From: Takakia lepidozioides
Taxonomy: Eukaryota > Plantae > Bryophyta
Direction: 5' to 3'
Length of the DNA: 64,000 nt
Assembly (NCBI GenBank): GCA_030704615.1
Contig: CM060731.1
Location: forward strand, 13,578,001-13,642,000
The translations under genes were made by a program, and so were the position numbers. Below the pieces are notes generated by a model that saw only the letters and a list, made by a program, of their open reading frames with translations, had not been told where the DNA came from and did no database searches. Shown one piece after another: positions 1 through 12,070 of the stretch. Position 1 is the stretch's first letter. Every line of letters begins with the position of its first letter.

Positions 1-1400
1 AGCATCGCACTCCATGACACCACATCTCGTTCAGCCATAGTGTTGAACACTCCCTTTGCATCCCCGATGCACCCACATTTTGCCTACATATCCACTAGGG
101 TATTGTTCAAAATGACATTTGGTACAATTCCAGTTTTGAAGATGTCACCATGGACCTCCTTCCTTTTTTTTCAGAGCTGCCAGGGCAGTACAATTCCAGC
201 TTTGATGATATCCCCATGCACCTCTTTGCCCTTCTCCAAGGCTGCCAGGCCTGGAATACATACAAACATGATGTGGCCGGGCGGGACCCCTTCCCCCATC
301 AGTTGCTCATAGGTTACCAAAGCCTCCATCCCATGTCCCTGCTTTGCATACCCTGCAAGCATCGAACTCCACAACACCACATCTCGTTCAGCCATAGTGT
401 TGAACACTCCCTTTGCATCCTCGATGCACCCACATTTTGCATACATGTCCACTAGGGTATTGTTCAAAATGACATTTGGTACAATTCCAGCTCTGAAGGT
501 GTCACCATGGAACTGCCAGGGCAGTGTTTCGAATGACATTAGGTACAATTCCAGCTTTGATGATATTCCCATGCACCTCTTTGCCCTTCTCAAGGGCTGC
601 CAGGCCTGCAATGCATACAAACATAATGTGGCCGGGCTGGACCCCTTCCCCCATCATTTGCTCATAGGTCTCCAAAGCCTCCATCCCACATCCTTGCTGT
701 GCATACCATGCAAGCATCGCACTCCACGACACCACATCTCGTTCAGCCATAGTGTTGAACACTCCCTTTGCATCCCCGATGCACCCACATTTTGCATACA
801 TGTCCACTAGGGTATTGTTCAGAATGACATTTGGTACAATTCCAGCTCTGAAGATGTCACCACGGACCTCCTTCCCCTTTTCCAGAGGTGCCAGGGCAAT
901 GTTTAGAATGACATTAGGTACAATTCCAGCTTTGATGATATCCCCATGCACCTCTTTACCCTTCTCAGGGGTTGCCAGGCTTGCACAAGCATTGCAATGC
1001 ACACAAACATGATGTGGGAGGGCAAAACAAGTTGAAATAGGTCAAAGAAGAAGATGCCCTCACCACATTGTCCTTGAGGTTGTGTCATGACTTGACCGAC
1101 CATCAACCCAAAATGACCTCTTGTGTGTGCTGCTTGTGTCTGTAGTCAGGTAATGTCGGATTGGTCTGTGAGATCAAACCACCACGGTGTAGCTGAGTAG
1201 GCAGAGATTGAAACACGGCCTGCTATGACCAAGCTAACTCTCCCAAGAACGGCAAGCTCGCAAGAATGTTGCGAGCTTCTCCTCGTCTCATCTCCTCCTC
1301 CTCTCCTCCTTCCTGCATCATTTGCTCAACGCCTCCATCCCACGCCCCTGCATATCCAGCGATCATCGCGTTCCATCCCTCGGCTACATGGTGTGGTGCA
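1..1400 (-). pseudogene. Degenerate PLS-class PPR array with an embedded PDF-motif exon fragment; runs off the window start
   Basis: Overlapping minus ORFs (502-1002, 171-620) give L/S/P motifs close to those at 41901-44822 (VILNNTLVDMYAKCGCIEDAKGVF, EKGKEVHGDIIKAGIVPN). There are frameshifts, internal deletions and an in-frame TAG near 84-86. 1016-1250 is homologous to 45300-45560, and a P-motif scrap (WNAMIAGYA...EQMMQEG) lies at about 1310-1375. Confidence 0.9.
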
Positions 1401-2442
1401 GGGAACCAAAAAAAAACGCCAAGTCCCAACCCTCCTCTGTGTTCACGATTATCCTAGTGGACAACCTTATTAGCAACTTTTTAACTTTTTTAAACCTAAT
1501 GTGCAACCTTATTAGCAATTTTTTGACTTTTTAACCTTTTGCACTTTGATTCATTCTAGGTCAGAGGCTAAAGTCCTGCTATCAGACTTGTCTAGAAAAC
1601 CAAAACACCACGTAGACAAACATTTGATAATGGTAATAAAATATATTACCATTGGGCTGGTTTGAACACTTGTTAGTAAATTTAGGTTAGGATTTTTTCG
1701 AAATATTCTGGTTTTTTCTTTGATGTGTGAGATGACAAAGTCCAAGCATGTCACATAAACAAGGAGTTCAACGTAAGGATGATGCAAGTGCGGATGAAAC
1801 TTCAATTGCAACTTCTGGGCTTCCCGACCCTGCAGTGTTGGTGCAATGTTCTGCACCGAGGAAGCGAAATAGGGCCCCCAAACCATTTCCATCTCTTCTA
1901 CAAATCGGTTCCACCGGAGAGAAGTCCTTCGTCAGAGACAAAGCAGACTCGAGGAAGAAAATGAATACCGCGGACATACCGGGGTCTCGTCAAAACACGT
2001 CCATTGGGATGCCAAGCCCGCCAGCGAGACTTTCCAATAAGGCGACATCGGTATTATTCGATATCATTTCTCCATTTATTTAATTTATTATTTTATTTTA
2101 TTTTTTCTGTTCGTTTGGTTATGCACTAATTAACTCCATCTTTTCTCAACAGGCGGGGATGCTGTACTTTACCTTCATCAATTTTCCTCCGTACAAGGTA
2201 CTTTCCTGAACCTCCACTTGGCAGTCGACGTTCATCTTCTTAGCAATATTCACCTTCCTCTTGAAACATTCCAAGCCCACAACATTGTGCAGTTTTTTGC
2301 CATTTTCTGCACAATCGTGTTGATCTTCCATACTCTCAATCATTCTGGGTCGTGGGTATTTTTCATGGCAGAGACACTAATGTCAGTGTGTGATTAACCT
2401 GCTCAAGATAACTTTGTCTCTCATCCTTTACATGCAACAACG

Positions 2443-3137
2443 GTGAAGAGGAAACGGATGTTGTTAATTTTGAGTGTCAACGGACTCCTCTGCTACCGGC
2501 CACCCCCAACCGGCGTTGAACTGTTTAAGGAGAAATTTCGTTTCAGGAATGTGACACTTCAAGTTCCTGACAGACCGTTTGTGGTGCCTCGGCCTGGAGT
2601 CTTGGAGTTTCTGGACCTTGCATTGAAGCATTTTCACGTGGCCATTTGGTCATGTGCTGATAGAGTGTTCTTTGTAGGATGTTGGAGAGCTTCATCCTCA
2701 CGAAAATAACGAAGAAGTTTTGCTTCATATGGTCTGTTGAGGATTGTAAGGATACCACCGGTTATATCAGGCCCGGGATGAAATATCTCGTGAAGGATAT
2801 TATAAGTGTTATTGTCAGGTACCCTGGTAGACCGTTTTCTACGTAGGGGCAAATACTTCTTGTAGATGATGAGCCATCAAAAGGCCTGCCAAATCCACAA
2901 AATACTGGATTCTTTCCTTTCTCATTCAAGCCTTCACCAAACGGATTGCATGACCGGGATGATATGACAAAAGCAGTGTGGCCATATATATCGGAGATGG
3001 CTGGAGCTTCAACAGTCGTTGATTACATTAGCGAGAACCGGACAAAGTGTTCTCATAAGCCTATTGGTCGAGACCATGCCTGTTGGGCTTGGTATGGAAG
3101 ATATCTTGATCTCGTATTTGGATCCCACAACAAAAGG
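2443..3137 (+). pseudogene. FCP1/NIF-like HAD phosphatase-domain remnant
   Basis: LLILSVNGLLCYR...VVPRPGVLEFLDLALKHFHVAIWSCA, followed in another frame by LLVDDEPSKGLPNPQNT, matches FCP1-homology motifs (LDxxGxL, RPGxxxFL, IWSS, LLIDDxPxK). The first Asp is replaced by Ser and the frame is broken. Confidence 0.6.
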
Positions 3138-4316
3138 AACCTGATTACCTTGGTAGGCACGTGGATCCCACTCTTTTCTTGTTTGTTCATAATTTGATTT
3201 TCCAATTATTTTGCAGCTGCATTTGCACTCTTACCTCAACATATCCATATGCAAAACTTCCACTTTGGGCCTAACATTTGTCATTTCCATCGCCTCTCCC
3301 CAGTTACATTCAAGGAACGAATTCTAAAAGATGAACAAGAGCTGCGTGATTGGGAAGAATGGCGGCCGTGCCGGGAGGCTTCAAGGGCATCAAGTAGAGT
3401 TGGCAGTAACATTTCAGATGACAATGTCAGCCGGTTTCACCTTCCTGAAAGTATCTCCATGTCCTCTGGAGCGGAGACCGTTGCAAGTGGTTGTGGTAAC
3501 CGGAGGCGTCTTCGGACACATGCCTTGACTGCGAGCCGTTTGGGAGGAGGCTCAGTATTATTAATGAGTTAGTATAAGCCGTAACGGTTCTATGCCTTCA
3601 GAATCAATGGCTTGTATGGCATTAAGTCCATGAACGGATGGACAGTTGACGTTCATTTTTCTGTTGGTCCATCGTCTTGAATGATATAATCTCAAATAAA
3701 ATATGAATGTTTCATATCATCAATCAGGTCCCGACAGACTCGTTTTTCCATGTTGTCCTCTTCATCACATGCCATCATTGTTTCATATTTGGTTCTGCCA
3801 TTATTCCATGTTTGTTTCTGTACGTCATTTTGGATATCGGAGCTCTCATCATTGTTTGATTCATTGCATCCATCCATTCCTTTTAATGAACGTCAACTTG
3901 GCAGTGGATGTTCATCTAAGACCACAATACATACTTGTATTTTTGCGTAGAATGTGAGGATTACATAATTTGTTGTTATATAGTACACAAATAGTCAAAT
4001 AATTATAGATATATCTCTTTATTTCTATTATAGATTATAATTATTCATATATCTTGTATTATTTCTAGACCAAACAAAAGTCCAGAATTAGTTAAAATAG
4101 AGTTCTTTGTGCAGAACCCCACCAAGATCACTCCGGAATGGATTGATGAGCTGTAGACCTTGGGGTACTAGCTCCGGCTGCTTCCTCCAATCCCTGTTAT
4201 TCAAGCTGTGCAACCATGGTTCATACCAGATATGTTTTTTTTTCCAGCAGACCAATGGTTTGGGCATGGAGAATAGATAAGCACATGGCCTAACAGACTT
4301 ATAAATTATGATACTA

Positions 4317-4650
4317 TGAGCTAGGCCCTGGTAAGACAATATACTCGAGTATATGTACACACCTTCTACATGATCCGGTCACTGTACATTACTCTTACTA
4401 ACTGTCCCCTGTAGCCAATGCCTTATATCAATATTTAGTTTGTCTTCGGCTCAAATGCTTTTTGGCTTCTCCTAGATGTGGCTTTGCTCTTAGTAGCACC
4501 ACACAAACAGACCCCTGAATGCTGATATCATGAGCTAGGCCCTGGTAAGACAATATACTGGAGCATATGTCAGAATTTAGTTGGTCTTCGGCTCACATGC
4601 TTTTTGGCGTCTCCTGGATGTGGCTTCGCTCTTTGTAGCACCACACAAAA
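4317..4650. repeat. Imperfect tandem duplication with an internal deletion
   Basis: tgagctaggccctggtaagacaatatact occurs at ~4317 and ~4531. The block atttagtt..gtcttcggctca..atgctttttggc..gtagcaccacacaaa occurs at ~4433 and ~4575. Confidence 0.8.
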
Positions 4651-7600
4651 ATGTCGGCGCTTGGGTGTGATTTTTGACAGCCTAAATATGGTGTGTCCTT
4701 TTCCTTGAAAGCAGATATGCTTGTGATGGTGGAGTTCACAAAAAACCAGAGTAAGTAAATACCATGGTTTCTTACACCTGTGATTTCTTCTATAATTAGT
4801 TCCTTTTGGGGTCTATGCTTAGTACATACCCCAACAATATGCTTGATTTCATATGCTTGTTCTGATTACCCAGCTTGAATAAGGGATAGCTTGATAATCC
4901 TCTATCCCCAATCGCTTAAGGTGAGGATCCTCACCTACTTTGAAGTTTCTTGAGCATGCAGATTGGGATATGGGCTGAGGAGACCTAGGGTTCTGCGCAC
5001 TGTGAGGTGGCTGCTGGCTGCAGCCCCGATTTCAACACAACTGCCCTTGACTTGATATGCTCCAGCCTGCGTTATGGCTTTTGTCGTTCTGCCGCCAATG
5101 CGCAGCTCGGCCTGATGGGCTTGTTTCTTGAGGCTTGCATACAAACCATACCCTACCTTTTAATCTTTGACAACAAAGCTTGTGGATTACTAAGCTAGGT
5201 TGTAAGTTATTTTGGTCAAAGAGGATCTGGTTTTTGGTGGTATGTTTTTGGCGGTTTTGGGTAACTATGGATTTGATGGCCTTGAAGTTTAAGGCGGCAG
5301 CCTGGTAGGGTACTGCCCTACTCCTTGTCAAGCCTACTTCTGATGTGTACTGGATCGTAGTAAGGTGTTCTTTGCATGTCTTAGCATGGAACTCTTGAAG
5401 GATGAGGATGGTAAGCTGCAATGGAATCCTACCTATTGTTTTGGATCTGTCATGACATCAGGCTTATGACCTGCCATCTGTTTTTTATACAAAAGAGGAT
5501 GGATCTCGGCTGTTCATGCTGTTTGTTGGTACAAGTCTTGAACCTGCAATCTGACAGGCTGCATTCAAATTCCCTTGATAACTTGTATGATCACATGTCT
5601 CGGGGTGAATACAAATGATATGGAATCTACTTCATCTGGCTCAAGTTGGACTACTTGGTGGGATACTGAGATTCTGACAAAATGCAGGCTGGTCCTTATG
5701 CCTTGGCTGATGCATGACCTGCCAATGGCTGAATTGGTAAGCTGCTGGTATATGTACAGGCTGAACCAAGAGGCCTTGCAGCATGCACAGGGACAACAAT
5801 ATCTTATCTTGTCCCACACAAGAACAAACCCCGCCCTCCCACCCTGTTTTGTCTTGGATGATTGGGTGGTGTTTTTTGGGATGATGTGACAAGACTGGAA
5901 ATGTGAGATAGTGCCCTATCCAGGGCTGTTTATGTCTTTAATTGACAATGACCCTTATGGGTCTTGTCCATGTCTTGACATGACGTGAATATCTTCCCTC
6001 TCTTCTATGATGCTCTCTTTTAAGCTCCCAACGAGATAAATTCAAGGTCAGATGGTGGGTTCAGCTGCAACATATGTCCAACACCAGATATCCTAAGTTA
6101 ATTGACTCTATATCTTGGAAACAGGACCGCCCTGTCAAACAGGGTAAGCCCTGGGAGAAGAGAGTAGAAGAGATTCTCAAGGATCTGAATCTGGACCCGC
6201 AAATCTTGACCTTGCTGGATAAACCTGACTTAGAGAGTGTAGTATCCAAAGCCATGTCTGTCACTAGAAAATTGTCCGATGAAAATGAAATTAGGAAGAA
6301 AACTTCCCTGAACCCGTTTCCAGTCTGTGACATGGGGGAGGACATCATGGATGCGCTCAAGGGTCTATCCCACTCTTGGCACCAGACCGAAATTTAAACT
6401 CAGGGCAGGAAGACTACCTTTGAACAGTAAACAGAAGCAGAGAGGAAAGAGAGAGTGCAATTTCTCTAACGTACCTCTGCTGCTGCGGCTGCTGCTGCTG
6501 TTGGTGCCTGAAGCGAGCTGGCACGGCGAGCTGCTGCAGTGCTGTCGCGGCTGCCAACGACGCGGGTCCCCGCCGCTGCAGAGCGTCTCTCCCCCGCTCA
6601 CCACGGCTCTCTCTCTCTTCAGCTCGTTTACAACGCGCCTCTTCGCGACGTTCCTACCACACAGGGGAGAGAGACATCAGCCTGTGCTTAGGGCAAGAAA
6701 GCAAGAGAGAAAGTGAGGGAGGAGGCGGTGCTTACCTGGGGCATTGGAACGGCGTTGGGGCAAAATCCTTGGGGCCTTGCGACCATCTCGGGCTCAGCAG
6801 CAGGTGCGTTTCTCCTCCACCCTAAACCCCACTCTCTGAACTACCTCTCTCCCAAAGAACAAACAAAAACGGGAAGGGAAGGATGCTTCAAGCACTTAGG
6901 GAAAAAAAAAGGAGCGGTGCCCGGGCGTCGCACTCCAGCGCCCCGCCTTTTTTTTAAAATATAAAAATGATATTTGCAACGGCCGGCAGTCGTTGCTTGC
7001 GACCCCCAGTCCCAAAATAAAATAAAACACATCGCCCCCCGCGACGGCTTGCCGCCGCGGGGTGCGACCCCCAGGTAAAAAATTGAAAAAAACTCATCGT
7101 CAAACGCGACGCGAGGGTGTCGCAGGAGGCGACGGCTGACCTTTCTGGGTTTAGGGTTTAGTTCCTTTTGGGTTTCTTAGTTTTTATTTATTTTATTTAT
7201 TTATTCATATGGTACTGGATTAGGGTGTTTGCTTTTCTTTATGGTGCTGGGTTTTGGATTGGCGGACCAAATATGAGCTTGAACCAAGTTGATTCAATGG
7301 GTCATTCTAGTGTTGAACGCAACTACGTATCATAGAGACGAAAAATTGCGTTTCGCCTGCAGATGATTTTTTTTTTATTCCATTTTCAAGCCATATGCTT
7401 AATGATAGCATATGCAATGTGCGTGCAAATTTTTTGGGAGTAAACAAAAGTCATTTGGACCCATAACCAGATTTTGTTCTCTCATTTGCACTCCAAAGTT
7501 GAGTTATCTTCAACTTCATGCACTCTTCATAGAGAAAGTAACCCTAGAAACACACTTATTTTTTTCCATTTTTTTTTGTCCGATGTTTGACATGGATGTA

Positions 7601-8053
7601 GTGGTGCAAAGCCTGATGTTATAGAACAAAATAGAGCTAAAAATAAAATCATTACGCCCCTCAAAACCGCAATCATATATTTTTCAAAATGCAAATATTT
7701 ATTTTAAATTCGATTTAATTCAAAATTGGTGCAACGGTGAGTGCGTCGTTGGGGAGGCAAATGTTTTTTTTTTCTGCTGGATCTTTGTACAGGTGTTGCA
7801 CACATATTTAAGCACATGTAGGAAAAAATGAAGCTTGAGCCACATCCGTTTGTTGGGTGCAATGGCATGAGAGGATTTTCTTTCACATTAATAAACAAAA
7901 ATTGGTTGATAGGGTGAATGCGTCATTGGGGGGGCAAATGATTTTGTTTGGGTTTGAGACTTTGCATGCATGTACGTTGCATACATACATGTAATTATTG
8001 AATGACATATTTGAAGGTTGTTGTTTGCATTTCGCTTATAATGAAGTGTATGG

Positions 8054-11018
8054 TTGCGAGGACACATTACAATATATGTCCCTATGTTCATTTGTTCGTA
8101 TCAAGACTTTGTCCATCCTTTCCCGGTCCTTTCTCTTGGCACCCCATCCGAAAACAACCCAAGTACATCAGGAGGGAGCCGTGGGCGAGACGCCGCCCCC
8201 ACGGTACCGGACGATGATGACGATGACAATGACAGTGATAGCAACAATGAGCATGGAATTAACCAGGAGGATGTGCAAGCCATGGAGGATCTCTTAATGC
8301 ATCATGTGGGTGCTGATGCATCCCATGAAGAGGGAACCCGGCCAATCGATGATCCTGAAATGGCCCCCTCAAATGACATCGAGAGGGAGGCGAGAACTCA
8401 TTTGTACGAAAGGGCCAAAGTGAGTCGACTTTCAACAATCTTACTTTTGCTCAATCTTCAAATTCGATTTGGCATAAGTAATGTTGGGATGTCTGCCATA
8501 ATGCAAACTATTGCAGACTATATCCTTGCTCCACACTTGAAACCCAAGATGCCACGGTCGCGGAAAGAGGCGCGCGAAGTCTTGGATTCTGTGGGGATGG
8601 GCTATAAGATTTTTCATGCATGTCCATGTAATAAAACTGGAAGGTACCCCTTGCACTTGTACTTGTTTGAGTTCAATGTTCTTTGTAAATGGAAAAGGTA
8701 ATGCCCCTGTAGTGATTACTTCTTGCTTTCCAAGTGGTAAAGTAGCAGTACTGCATATAATTTGGACTTCATATTAATAACTCGTGGAGTGGTAAGAGGT
8801 AGTCTCCATGATGCTCAGGAAGTTGTTGACATCACTTGAGAGGCTAATAATGCATTAAATGAGTTGTTTGAACCACTGAGGAGGGACTGTCATGCATCAC
8901 AGCCACTTTAGATATGAAAGTATATAGTGCTCATAAATGAATCTGATTTGTATAGGACTGCAATCTGTCGGAATGTTCCTGAAATGGTGTCACAAATTGC
9001 AGGATTTGTTGCAACGCTACTTACTGGATCCCATGCATTGCGAAAAGAATTTTTGTGAAAACTTGTTGAAGACGATTTTCGGACGGAAAGACACAGTGAA
9101 GGTGAGGAACTTGGAGGTAATCGGCATCAGACGTCAGTTGTGGCTTCGGCCTGATCCACAAAACCCTTCACGTATCATGAAACCAGCAGCACCGTATGTT
9201 CTCACTCCCGCTGAAATCACGATATTTCTTGATACTTTGGGGGCTATCAAAACTCCTTCGGGATTTACAGGTGCATTTCATAAACATATACACCCGTCTA
9301 GGAAACATTTGACGAGTATGAAGTCCCATGATTATCACGTTTTGATGCAACAGATTTTACCTGTGTGTATTTGCCATTGCATGGCTCCAGGCCCACGTGG
9401 GGTCATTATGCGTGTGAGTCGCATTTTCCGCCGGATTTGTGCCAAAGTATGGGACCCTAGTGAAATAGATTCATTGCATGAGGATGTTGCTATAACCTTG
9501 TGTCTGTTAGAGAAAGAGTTCCCCCTTCTTTCTTTGATGTCATGACCCATTTGCTAGTTCATCTCGTAGATGAACTAGACACATGTGGTCCGGTGTCTTC
9601 ACGGTGGATGTATCCCATGGAGCGTTACATGAAAGATCTCAAGGGATACGTTAGGAATTACGCAAAGCCAGAAGGGAGTATGGCTGCAGGGAGGAAGGGT
9701 TGAGAACGAGGTCTTGGAAGGTGTCGGCAAAAAGCGGGACGTGAGTGGAGCTGAGAGAGATGCAACACATTTGTATGTGCTGAACAATACCAATGTGATG
9801 GTTCATTGGGTGCAGTGAATTCTTCTTTTCATTGCACCTTATTCATATCAAGTTCAAATGCAATTGTGACTGTCACCAGTGTAATAGAACCACCCACAAA
9901 GTCACAAATGTCCGTGATTCATCGTGATGATAACCACTTCTGTAGTAACAGAATGTCTAAGTGAATGACTTTTTGGAAGAACATGTTCATTTACAAGTCA
10001 TTCTGCTCACTCATCCAGTGGTTTTCAAAGTATCATTCATGCTAGGTAGTTTTTGCAAAATAATGCAACACTTCATTGCTAACATGTATCATTCTTGTTG
10101 CCATTTTGTGACAGAAAGTATGCAACAGAGAAGGCACAGTTCACTGCAGACAGAGAGGCATGTGCTCGTGAGTGGCGTGCCAATCGTTGACGTCACCGCC
10201 GCCTTCCGGTGCCATACCCTCCCCATTTGTTGGAGTTTCCACCCCTACCGGTGTGGATACGCCGTGCAGTCTAGGCCCATGTCTCTGAGCATAGTGTTGA
10301 GGATACGGATGTAATTCATTTGTCTATCCCCCCCTCATTGAGATCAGCTTCATTTCGTGGCATGAAGGCATATGGAAATCATTATCGAGTGGATGACACG
10401 GAGAGTCGTCTTCTTGTCTCTTTTGATTCCGGAGTTGCATCCGTCTTCCAGCAACAGAGCAGAAATAGTGTGCATGATAGAAATCCAGTCATGTCACCAT
10501 TAGAGTACGTTGGGGTCATCAAAGAGATCTTCAAATTGGATTATGGACGAGTGCACCCCATTGTATTTTGTTGTGCTTGGGTAAGGGCCAACCTCGTTGG
10601 ACAAAATGCTACAATGAAGCGGGATTCGTATGGTTTTCTACTTGCGAATTTTGGGAGGATGTTACCCGCCAACGATCAGCCGTTTATCTTTCCATCTCAA
10701 GTTGAACAGGTGTTCTTTTCGGACGAGTCCCCAAGTTCGGAGTGGAAGGTAGTCCTTCGGAAGGATCCAAGAGCAAAAAAGATTGTGGCGGACATAGATC
10801 AATGTGACATTGGAGAAAATGCAGATTTCGATGGCCTTCAGGCACCGTCTATCTTATCAGATCAGCCAATACCTAGGTCGTTAGATGGTGCCACGGCTCT
10901 AAATAAAGAAGACCTGGCTATGTTGGCTACCATTCAAGCGGCGTTTGTGCAACCAACCGCTATTCCAGTTGAGCAAAGTGATTCAGAGGGTGACGAATAT
11001 GTTTCAGATTTAGAATAA
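8054..11018 (+). mobile_element. CACTA/EnSpm TnpD-like transposase, disrupted and internally deleted
   Basis: Motifs in order: MGYKIFHACPCN (8054-8701); LDPMHCEKNFCENLLKTIFG..KDT and MKSHDYHVLMQQILP (8937-9545); a frameshift near 9525 into FFDVMTHLLVHLVDE..GPVSSRWMYPMERYMKDLKGYVRN..KPEGSMA (DUF4218-like); YVGVIKEIFKLDY..FCCAWV..DQPFIFPSQVEQVFF..WKVV (DUF4216-like, 10320-11018). Confidence 0.9.
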
Positions 11019-11099
11019 AGTTTAATGTTGGAACCATTTGTTCAATAGCATCATGCCACAATGGTCTGGCCACTTGTCTGTTTTTCAAAGTCTATCACA

Positions 11100-11695
11100 G
11101 CTGCACAAACCACTTAAAATTTTTCATGTATCACCCAAAAAACTTGTGTGTAGGCAACCACTCATGAGCAACCACTAGAATAGTGGTTCCAATTACTGCA
11201 GTATCTTTCACCACCCACTCTCCACCACTGTCAAAGTGGTACAAATCAATGAGGTGTCTTTAATCACTCAAGATCAACGTGCACTATCCCCGTCCACGTG
11301 GAATATTATATTTATGAATTAAAATATATTTCCAAATCATAAATCACAAACAAAATTTGAAATATTACACGTGGAGTAGCAAGTGGTTTCAACCACTTCC
11401 CATCACTGAGGTGTCTATAACCACTCATAATGTACCACTGCACTCGTCCACGTGGGATATTATTTATTAATTAAAATGTATTACCAAATAAATAATAATA
11501 AATAATAATAAATAATAATAAATTATTACGCGTGGACTATTGAGTGGTTGAAACCACTTCCAACCATTGTCTGTGATGCCACCGTGGCATTTCATCGGGA
11601 TTAACCACTGGCAAGTGGTTATTAGCGGTTTATAGGGTGGAAAAAGACAGTAGTGGTTAAAGGGCCAGTGGTTATTCCGCGTTTTTCCTCTAGTG
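11100..11695 (+). mobile_element. CACTA right terminus with subterminal repeats
   Basis: Ends ...gtttttcctCTAGTG at 11690-11695. Dense accact/agtggt motifs precede it, with a ~158-bp imperfect tandem duplication (tgaggtgtct at ~11250 and ~11407). No matching left TIR was found in the window. Confidence 0.7.
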
Positions 11696-12070
11696 ACTCA
11701 GTTGAGAGGGGATAATCAGAGTGCGGTCAAACTCATCCTCAATCCAGAGTTTCACAGGAGAATAAAACCTCGACGTTGAAAATCTCTGACCATATGATAC
11801 TGTATATCAACGTGCAAAATTGGCGGAATGCTATCACTGTGTTTTGTGGAACCACCCCCACCGCAACCCGGTGTGCGGGGCTCCACCTAGTGAGCGCCTC
11901 CGCCTCCTTGAGTGCCTTGGGCACTCAAGGGTGCTTCGGCCCTCATACCTATTGTTGCCATTGCCCCCACCACAGGGGCAGCCCCTCTTGTGTCCTGACC
12001 CCCTGCCCTCAAGGCAAAGGGCCGCGACATGAATTGTTCTTTGTGGAGATCTTGACAACTTGTAGAGTCG

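Noticed and set aside
5740-5815. Ulp1-protease-like snippet (DIVVPVHAA../WFSLYI) on the minus strand
   Set aside because: It needs a frameshift, and the catalytic His-Trp and QxNxxDCG motifs are not seen.
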